A DNA stretch of 63,584 bases. It comes from Pocillopora damicornis (taxonomy: Eukaryota). The stretch spans positions 248,001-311,584 of the forward strand of contig NW_020844827.1 of the NCBI RefSeq assembly GCF_003704095.1, written 5' to 3'. This document shows positions 54,211-63,584 of the stretch, in pieces. The position numbers and the translations under genes were made by a program. Within the stretch, counting starts at the first letter, position 1; each line of letters opens with the position of its first letter. The notes under the pieces were generated by a model, which saw only the letters and a program-made list of their open reading frames with translations, was not told the origin of the DNA and ran no database searches.

Positions 54211-55995
54211 CATCCTTGCCATGCATCAGCTAACTGAGTTTGCAGACTGTGTTCTTCCAATAGAAAACCAGGTAGGCATGATAATAAAGTAGTCTTTTAC
54301 ATTTACTTACTAGATATAATTTTTTTTCCTGAATTGAGCTTTTGTTGCCGCTGTAATTTTCCCAGATGATCATAAATTTTTGTGTGGGATAGATAAAGAT
54401 ACTCTGTAAAGAAGTATTAACTCAAAAAAAGATACAATTTGATTTTTCACAAGCATTAGACAGAAAAAAACTGTGAGTCTCCCATGAGGTATTGAAACCC
54501 AGATCTTCAGATTCTCTGCTCTGATCCTCTATCACTGGGTGAAAGTGAAGAACAGTTCCCAAAAGATACTGTTGGCCAACTGCTGGTTGACTGTCAACCG
54601 ATGGTTGGCCGGCAGTTAGCTGACAGATGGCCAACAGTCGGCCAACAGTTGGCTGATGGTCGGCCAAGAATTGGTTAGTGAAACAGGGGTGAAACAATTA
54701 CTATGGTCGCATGATCATGTTTCTTAATTTAAGACAATGATCGACATCTCTCCTTTGTCTTTGGAGTGTGAGTAAAACCCCTTCAACCCTCAAGAGTGGC
54801 TAGCGTCTAATTTCTCTTTACAATATCGTCCCTGAATCAAACATTGAGGTCATGAGAATTGAGGAGATGATCACAAACTCAAGGACCTCTTGATCATCAG
54901 CCAAATTCTCCTTGTAAGTACTACAAGGATTGAACATAGTACAGTATGGAGAACTTGTATACTGATGTTAGGGTGTAAACAGTTAAAACTGAAGGTGGAA
55001 GGACAAAAAATCCACTGACTAGACCCGAGTACAACACCTTTCATGTCCAAATTTTTCCAGCCTCTAGTTGTACGATGACCATATCATTTTCTCACTTTCT
55101 TTCCTCTCAGCATATGCTTCACTGTGGAAGAGAAAACATTGGGTGATTAATTTAGTTTATGATTATTTTCTTTGAAAAGGCTTTGGTGGACATTTGCAAT
55201 AAAGTTACAAGTGCCCTTCCACCATCCAAGACTGGTAAGAAGGTTTTCTCTTCAAGCAGCCAATCACGTGTTAAGGCCAGCAGTGCTGTTACATCAGGTG
55301 AAGGTGGTGTTGACCAAAGACCAGAGAAACCATTTGACAACATGAACAACATTGCTGCAAATCTTATACTGAACTTGACAAGCTCTGCCAGATTTGAAGG
55401 CTCCCTAAATGTTGATTTGAATGAAATCACCATGAATTTAGTGCCATTTCCCAAGATCCACTACCTGGTCTCCAGCCAGACACCACTGTACAGCCTCACT
55501 GATGTAAATCTTCCACCTCAACGACTTGATCAAATGTTTACAGACGCTTTCTCAAAAGATCACCAGCTCATCAAAGCTGATCCTAAACACAGCTTGTACT
55601 TGGCATGTGCTTTGATGCTCAGAGGAAATGTTGAAATTTCTGATATTAGGAGGAATATTGAAAGACTCAAACCTTCATTAAATTTTATTCACTGGAATCA
55701 GGAGGGATGGAAAACTGGACTGTGCTCTGTTCCCCCTGTAGGTCATCCATACTCACTGTTAGCTCTGTCTAACAATACATGCATCAGGCACACTTTTCAG
55801 GACCTCAAGGATCGCTTCATGAAGCTCTACAAACGTAAAGCTCATGTTCATCATTACACTCATGTTGATGGCATGGAAGTATCGCAATTTGACACTAGTT
55901 TAGACTCGCTTAACACTCTGATAAGCGAGTATGAAACCCTTGAAGCACAGATGGGAAGAGTTGTTGATGACATTCAACGCTTAACTATTGCCTGA
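54211..55995 (+). CDS. TUBE1: Epsilon-tubulin, last two exons
   Basis: Exons 54211-54271 (ILAMHQLTEFADCVLPIENQ) and 55180-55995 (PFDNMNNIAANLILNLTSSARFEGSLNVDLNEITMNLVPFP, WNQEGWKTGLC, LYKRKAHVHHY). Confidence 0.95.
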
Positions 55996-56466
55996 AGGAG
56001 AGTTTGGTTGAATTTTGAGAAGATTCTTGGAGAATTTCATCCCAGAAGATTGATATACTGGAAGGCATTCCACCAAAAATAACTGGCTTTTCTACATTTA
56101 AATTTCCAGTCTGTAGATAGAGCATTAATGTTCGTAGTTCTTGGACAGGCATTTTAGATAAGTTTGATACATCTTGTTGGTGTTAGAGATGGCAGAATGT
56201 ATTGCACTAATAAGAATTCTTGGTTTAAGTAGATGTAGTAGATGCAAGGGAATGGAAGAAGAGTAAAACTCTCTGAGAAGACACAACTGCACCAAAAAGC
56301 AACAATATCAAGGGCAAATCTATAAGATTTTAAACAACCCAAGTCCATTTTTTTTTAACCAAACAAAACATTGATATCAATACACAAACTCAGTAACAAG
56401 ACCACAATTTGTTTCTGTTGTATCTTTTTATTTAAACATAATTCTTGCTGCTGTGACAGTATCTGC

Positions 56467-58190
56467 TCAGTCAAACAATCCTGGAAGAGAAAGAAGAGCA
56501 GGTTAGTTCATCCTATACCAACAAATGAGGAGGAAAAATTCAAAGGGGAAAATTGCTCATGTACCAACATGATACAGTAGTTTTTTCACAACAAATTTCA
56601 AAAAAATAATAAATTCTACACCACAAAGCTACTGTATTATCAAATATTTAGGTATTTTACAACTAACTTCTTGAACTCATCATTTTCAATCATTTTAATT
56701 TTCCATGAACGAAACAAATTCCATGACTGTCAGAGGCCTGGAAGAGGATATTATTGAACTGCAGGACCCCTATAGACCCTATTACATCCTTCTAACCAAT
56801 TATAACCTGATGTAATATTACCAGCATTGATTAGTTATTAAAAAAAAGGCTCCCTAAATCTGAGTTTAAACTCACCAAATCCCATGTCATCATCTGATTC
56901 CTCAGATTCATCTTTCTTCTCTTCCTTCTTTTCTTCTTCCTTAGCCTCATCTCCACCACCAGCAGCAGGAGCACCACCACCTCCTGCAGCAGGGGCAGCA
57001 GCCCCTCCTGCACCAGGTGCACCAGCACTCTGGATAAGGCTTTCTAGACTGTGTCCCTCCAAGGCTTTGGCAAACAGTCCTGGCCAGAAGGGTTCTACAT
57101 CAACTTTGGCAGCCTTAATCAACTTTTCGATCTTTTCTGCCTGTTGAGTAACAGTAAGAATATAGTATATTAAAGCAAGAATACATTTCATATCCTAAGC
57201 ATAATTTTTATCTGTCAAGCAATATTGTACTGATTTCCAGGTTTAAACTGTGGCCAGGGCTTCAAGATTAACTTTCTATAGCAACTCCAGTTGTAAATTT
57301 AAACTTTACCATGCAAAATAATAATGCCAGTGCTTCCTCATCATTTTTCTCCTCACAAATTATATGTGTTAATATAACCCTTTCACACCAAAGATCTCAT
57401 CAGTAATTCTCCTTACAATTCTGCCATACAATTCTCATGATCTTAGTATTGAGAATCTGGCATTAAATCAACTAGTATACCTGAATAGCAGGTAATTTAA
57501 CGTTAACAGCTGAGTTGAAGACGTAACTTGGCCACCGTTAAGGGTTAAAAGGCTGACATTTCAAGTGATAGCCCTTCGTCAGAGCGATTATACTCTCCCA
57601 CTGACGCAGTACCACAGTTTCTTAAGAAACTTACCCCCTATATTCAGTATACCTGAATAATCCCCCTAGTAGATATTTTTCATTATTCCAGACACTTTTC
57701 TGCTCTATATTATATGGACATAAAGGAGAAATTCTGTCTTGGTCACACATAGAGTCAAAGGGTAAAAAGTTTCGTAAAATAAATTATTGTGCTTACCATG
57801 TTTATGCTTTAAATATGAAACCAAGAACAACCTTGTACCGAATTATGTCTGAACTGATTAATCGTAAAGACTTGGTTTGAATTGATGCATAAATCGATCA
57901 AAAACCAGCATTCACGTGGAAACTGGAAACATGTCACAGAATTCTTACATCTGGATTCGAAACTAATTTTCTAATATACTCACAAACAAGCGGCTCAGAA
58001 TTAAAAAAATTGGAATCACCCTTTTACGATCATATGTCAGAGGTGTAAGTTCATCACAGCCACTTAAAATTAACAATACTTATCCTGTAACAATTCCGCC
58101 ATTTTGATTATTACGTACCGTGATGGCGATTCCATCATCGTGGAGAATGAGAGCACTGTACACGCAAGCAAGTTCTGATGTTGATGCCAT
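56467..58190 (-). CDS. RPLP1: 60S acidic ribosomal protein P1
   Basis: Exons 58119-58190, 56876-57140 and 56467-56480 give [51 protein letters not shown]...EESDDDMGFGLFD*. Confidence 0.97.
57487..57645. mobile_element. Hammerhead-motif repeat nested in a MITE within RPLP1 intron 1
   Basis: The minus strand reads GCU-CUGACGA-AGGGCUAUCACUU-GAAAUGUC-AGC, with the family tail gcagtaccacagtttcttaagaaacttacccc. Confidence 0.6.
57990..58063 (-). ncRNA. Candidate intronic box C/D snoRNA in RPLP1 intron 1
   Basis: Minus strand: GUGGCU-GUGAUGA (C) acuuacaccu CUGA (D') caua UGAUCG (C'-like) ... CUGA (D) GCCGC. It has a terminal stem, is 74 nt long, and is sense to a ribosomal-protein host gene. Confidence 0.7.
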
Positions 58191-58528
58191 CGTTTAGTTT
58201 AATTTCTAACGTTACTTTTTTGTCAAAAAATACGGATGTAGGTTGCCTTGATAAAGCGATGGATGCGGATTCAAGGCCTTAGCTCGAGGCGAGAACTCTA
58301 CAACTTTAGTGACGAGTACGAGAGAAAGAAAGAGTAGTTAACGCGCGCAAAGTATTGTGGGACTTGTGACTACACATGGTTCAGCTCGCGCGCACTTTTG
58401 CGCAAAATAGCAACTCGGTTATAGTACTGTATTGAAATTGTAAGATTGTTTGCCTGAATTTTTTTTGATCATACCTTACCTCTTTTTGGTTACACGAAAA
58501 GTTAGCTAAGCATCTGAGATATTCTACC
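58191..58528. promoter_or_regulatory. Bidirectional promoter RPLP1 / ARM-Tudor gene with 5'TOP tract and ZNF143(Staf)-like motif
   Basis: Start codons diverge 338 bp apart. The minus strand has CTCTTTCTTTCTCT at 58334-58321, and 58370-58352 reads GTCACAAGTCCCACAATAC, resembling ACTACAnnTCCCAnnATGC. Confidence 0.55.
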
Positions 58529-61500
58529 ATGGCGCCTTCCAAGCGGAATAACGGCGACACGATCGAAGCTTTGAAAGATATCATCAAAGAATCTTTGCAA
58601 AATCCCGAGAGAAAGCAAGAATTCGTTGATGAAGGATCTGTAGAGCTTATTATTGGTAAGGAGGATCTTTTACTTAGGGTTAGTAATGATGTTTTAAAAT
58701 ATGGCTACCAGCTTTTAAATGCGCAACTAGAGTTTTGTTTATATTTTTTTGTATATACATGCGCGTGTTCAAACAACTTGATAATTGTTCTGGAAGAAAA
58801 AAGATCAATAAACACAGAACTTTGTACAAAGCGTAACCTCCGCGTAGTTTACTGCTTGATAAGCATGGGTTATACTTGGAAATGAACTAGATACAAACTC
58901 GGTTTTCCGTGTATAAATACGTCTTCTTGGAATGAATGCTAGGATCTTAGAAATTAGCTGTTATTTGGTGGCTGCGGTTGTCCTATGAAGGTCAAAGGTT
59001 TTCCGAAGGTCTGAATTTTATTCAATAGCTCACTGAATAATTGCATGCTTTTGTTGTGCATGTTTGCAAGCAAGTTAGCAAAAAGTAAGATTTTCGACTG
59101 CATAGCCTCGGATCGTGATGCTGCAGGCATCACCTCCCAGAGGGCATATGAGGGCATGAAATCCTGCCGATAATCACAGTTGTAAGAGGTGATTAACATG
59201 CAACTTCTCCTTACAATATCTATATATCATCTAATAAATACGTTATGAGAATACTCAAACTTACCAGTTTGAAGTTATTATCTTGATCTAACTGCACATC
59301 CTCATAACTCATTTACAGCAGGTAAAGAGCAGAATTAACAGTCAGATTGTGCGTTGTAGGTTTGTGTGACAAAAGAACCATTCCTTGGAGCCTTGGTGCA
59401 TACTGTGCAGCTGCCCTCAGAGTTCTCGCTTATGGAAACCCAAAAGTGAAGGCTAAGATCGTGGGACGTGGAGGAATTCCTCCAATGTTGAAGCTTTGTG
59501 ATCCTGAACTGTCACCTGAAGATACAGGTGTTGTGACATTTAACTAATTACACAGATTCTTTTACATTTTTGTCTGACAAACTATTACTGGGAGATCATT
59601 GAGAATTCTAAGTCAAGGAGGGAGGAGAGGGTGGAGGTTTGGAAAGTTATTGCTTAGTGTCATGCAAAGCTAGTGAGGAATTTCTATGGCCCCTTGAGAG
59701 GGTAGGGTGAGTCCACTCATTGGGAACATTCTCTTTGGTAGACAAGACTATCTAAAAAATCAAATGACGTGGCTTTTAGAGCTGAAATATTTCCCTGGTT
59801 TCAAAACTTCAGATTCATGTATATTGACTTAACTGCACATGAAGAGTTTGGAAGAGATACAGTAGCACAAAAGTTGGTGTCCTGAACCAAACTCTTTCAC
59901 CTCCATGAGTGACCAAGACAAAATTTCTCCTTACAATACCAATACAATGTCAAGCAGACAAGCGATAAGAATATAGAAAAATATCTATAAGGGAATTATA
60001 AGTTGATCCAATGCCTTATTCTCTAAACTAATATCATAAGAATTGTACAGCAGACAGTAAGGAGAATTAGTAATGAGATCTAGGTGCGAAAAGGTTAAGA
60101 TTTAAAGATGTAGGTTCTAGTTGGTAACCTGAGATGGATTATCCCATACAGGTCTGCATATCTAATAGCCAGAAGTGATTAGCAGGTAACTTCCCCTACA
60201 GTATCCAAACATTATTCAGTAAACAGGCAGTGAGAATACTCAAACTCATCAGCTACTAGATATTAGCTTGGTCGTACACAAAATTCCTGTAACCAATTTA
60301 CTAGGAAATGTGTAGCAGCAGCATGAGGGGAGAATTAACAATCAGATCTTGGGAGTTAAAGGGTTAAAAGGGCTTAATCAATCTCAAATAAATTTTGCCT
60401 CATAAGCGTGATTCTCTAATCAGGGTTAATTTATATTTTACCAGACACTGCAGAAGATGCATGCTGGAGATTTCTTGCTCATGAGCAGGCTGTTGCAGTG
60501 CTTCGTCTTGTCACCTTTCAGAGTAAAACATGTCAAACAGAGGTAGTCAGTGCTGGTGCAATCAAACTTCTTGTCAGAATGTGTGATATATTCAACCCTG
60601 AGGGTTTCCATGGCAACTGTTGTCAGCCCCCTTATTGGTCTTCCAGTGACGCAGTGCAACTACTTCATGACTTAACATACAGAAAGAAACTAGTTGGCCA
60701 ATTGAAAGAACTGAACCAGGACAATATCAGAGAAAAGGCTGTAAAGTTAATCAAAACTGGTGAGGAAATAAGTTGTGTTTCAGTCAAACCAGGCTGTTCA
60801 AACATATCCTTGTAACACAGATTGAATCTGTGGGATGAACCTCCTTCTATGGTAACTGCAGGTCAAAGTACTGTGTATTTTATTCAACCCTTTAACTCGC
60901 TGAAGTAATGAATTATGTAACTTCTCCCTATAATATCCATATATTATCCAGCAAAGAGGTAATGAGAATACACAAACTTATCGGGTAGAAGTTGTTATCT
61001 TGATCTAACACCAAGTTGTTGGAAGCAATTTAAAAGGAAATGGCTGGCAGGCAGAGGCAGAATTAACGATCAGATCTTGGGAGTTAACAGGTTAAGTGTA
61101 GAATTATGATTTGCAGGTCTAGTGAGTGGTGTGATACAAGTCAACAGGATGTACAGCATTGATTTATATGATACCACAATGGACTATCAGGATGTAAGAA
61201 TTACTGACGAGTTGATAAAGAGCCAGTTAATGTGGCCAAGAATGTCACTCGACGAAACTAAAAGTTCAGAGGATAAAGGAAAATATGTCAATGCTAAGGT
61301 ACAAGTTTGTACATGATTTAGATCATTATGAAGTCTATGTTACGTCTATCTTTTCTTTTGATCTGGTGGTCTGATTGTACAGGTAAGAGAAGTCATCATC
61401 AGAGTCGAGGGACTATTTCCGCTAAGGTTGNNNNNNNNNNNNNNNNNNNNNNNNNNNNNNNNNNNNNNNNNNNNNNNNNNNNNNNNNNNNNNNNNNNNNN

Positions 61501-63476
61501 NNNNNNNNNNNNNNNNNNNNNNNNNNNNNNNNNNNNNNNNNNNNNNNNNNNNNNNNNNNNNNNNNNNNNNNNNNNNNNNNNNNNNNNNNNNNNNNNNNNN
61601 NNNNNNNNNNNNNNNNNNNNNNNNNNNNNNNNNNNNNNNNNNNNNNNNNNNNNNNNNNNNTTACCCAGGTGATTGATGCATGTCACTTTTGGGCTCATGT
61701 TGGAGGTAAACCAGTGATTGAAAAGATGGAAGCAGTTAATAGAAAGCTGTTAGCACAGGTAATTCTAAACAGAGGCCAGAGGTTCTTGTAATCAGTCAAC
61801 CACTGAACTGATGAGTGAGTGCGAAGGAATTACTCTTGATAATATTTATACAATATCAAGCAGACAAGTGATAAGATCAAAGAGAAATTTTGAATAGGGA
61901 GATTATTACTTGATCCAATACCAAATTCTCCAGACTAACCACATAAGAACTGTTTGACAGAAGGTAAGGAGAATTACTATTATATCTTGGGAGTGCAAGA
62001 GTTAAGAAAGGAAAACTGACTGATATCTTGTATTCTTTTGTCATTTAGGAACAAATTCCTCTAGATGCCATTCCAGAACCTGGAACATATGTCTGTGTCA
62101 CTGAAATTGTTGCAGGTCACTGGAACTCCTACAGAGCTCAAGTCCTATTGGCAGATGATAGCACTGATAGCAGTGCTACTGTGCAAGTCTTTGCCATCGA
62201 CAATGGTTTCACTGGGACTGTTTCTGCTAACTGCTTGTATGTTTTACCAGAAGAACTACTTCAGATTCCTCCCCAGGTACTAACTCAGTTAAAAAAGAAC
62301 CTCAAGAAAAAGAACCTTAAGAAGCTCTTGATTGTTAAACAAATTCTTCTTGTCAACACTCTAGGAAATGTATGGAGAATATGCATACTGATCTTAGGGT
62401 GTAAAGGGTTATCTTTTTTGTATTACGAGCAAAATTCAATTTTCTGGTTCTAGGCAACCTTATGCTGCTTGTCTGGAATTCAACTACCACCAAAAAGTGC
62501 TGAAGTATTGGAACATGCTGCTGGTAAATACATGATACTGTATACTGCATGATGATAAAATCAGATTCATCTTTGTATGTGTATATAATGTTCTAGTCAT
62601 TAATATTGAATACTCATTCCTAACATATTTCAGGCACCCTTAGAAATTTAACTGAAGATGATAACTCAAATCGTCTTTATATCGCTGCTCAAGAAGGACT
62701 AGAATACCTTATCAAGGTGGGTCTTGTTTTAGTGAAAAGAGCATTGAGCATTCTGTGAGAATTGAGCCATAAACATTCCTGAGTAGAAACCCACGTTAAT
62801 AAGTTGTTACCCCTTTCTTCCATGAATTTATGAGAATTGCATGCTCAGGCTTAGGGCTCAAAATGACTGATGGTCAATGCACAAGGTCTGGTCAAATATA
62901 GGTTTTGCTCAGTCAACTCCTTGAATTGGAGGACAGTTTGTTCAGTAGTTTATGTTTGGAAAGAAGAATTTAATTCTGAACTAAGTTCAATTTTTAAATA
63001 CAGCTTTAAGACTTTTCCAGCATTTAGTTCAAGGCTACATGTACATTAAAGCTTGGTTAATATACCTCTTTGATGAGTTGTCTCCAAGCAAACATAGGTT
63101 TGACCACACCAGTTATCATTATTTGAGTGACAAGGCTTGTCATCAAGACATGTAAAGTAACAAACAAATGTTCTTCATGTCTGAAGTAAAATTAGATCTG
63201 GCCAGAGAAATCTGCATGACAACAGGATAATTTTCTTCTTCTGAGCTAAACAAACACTTTGCATATCTAATCTTATTGTTTCGATTTATTTAAATCACCT
63301 GTAAGGTTTTAGTTGGCTTACCCCTAATTAAACCAATATTGCTGCTCATTTTCAGCTGTGTACTGTCCCAAACAGAGATGTTTGTATCCAGGCTGTAGGG
63401 GCTCTCCTGAATCTTGCCATCAACAGTAAGGTGCAGGTCAGAATTGGATTTCTGGGAGGCATTCAAGCTCTCCTTG
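58529..63476 (+). CDS. Armadillo-repeat protein with embedded extended-Tudor domain; continues beyond window
   Basis: Exons 58529-58655, 59360-59527, 60445-60759, 61117-61298, (gap)61661-61758, 62049-62276, 62454-62523, 62634-62716 and 63356-63476, all phase-compatible where visible. ARM motifs: AAALRVLA..KIVGRGGIPPMLKLC, HAAGTLRNL, AVGALLNLA..GGIQALL. Tudor motifs: PEPGTYVC..SYRAQV..VQVFAIDNG..LPEELLQIPPQATLCCLSGI. Confidence 0.85.
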
Positions 63477-63584
63477 GTAACTTACTGTTTTTGCTCTGTT
63501 TTGATAGTTGGAAACTCATAATTAGGTCACTGCTCTGTTGATGGGGGTGACAAGGTGGCTCATGAGATAGCAGTCAGGAGTCAG

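Noticed and set aside
55111-55142. Possible 32-nt frameshifting cassette exon in TUBE1
   Set aside because: It has a good acceptor but a weak donor, and exons 54271/55180 already join in frame. No supporting evidence.
56600-56690. AUGAUGA C-box in RPLP1 intron 2
   Set aside because: No matching D box or terminal stem at a suitable distance.

Overview
Eukaryotic, AT-rich, intron-containing draft-assembly DNA with ten N-gaps. It is most likely from a cnidarian such as a stony coral; this is an inference from the repeat families and gene content and was not verified by a search. I reconstructed spliced genes by hand from GT/AG boundaries and frame continuity. In order: 3' end of WDFY3/ALFY (+), an SLC22A18-like MFS transporter (-), TAF1A (-), GGCX (+), a second SLC22A18-like paralog (+), a ZNF474/ZC2HC1-type C2HC zinc-finger gene (-), a PH-PDZ adaptor (-), RPL30 (-), TUBE1 (split over both strands, probably a flipped contig), RPLP1 (-) and an Armadillo-repeat/Tudor gene (+) that runs off the window. 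Positions ~12.1-21.7 kb are a two-copy tandem segmental duplication carrying a stand-alone EEP (APE/DNase I-fold) nuclease gene, an LTR-like segment and the last exon of TAF1A. The two copies show reciprocal losses, and one GAA repeat is read as poly-Arg in one copy and poly-Glu/Asp in the other. Other highlights: an apparently circularly permuted extended-Tudor domain inserted inside ARM repeats; a PH-PDZ protein with three SHP2-type tyrosine motifs; a box C/D snoRNA candidate in an RPLP1 intron; fold-back repeats with minimal hammerhead-ribozyme motifs; a palindromic tRNA-SINE with a 12-bp TSD; and about 30 TTAA-type MITEs.
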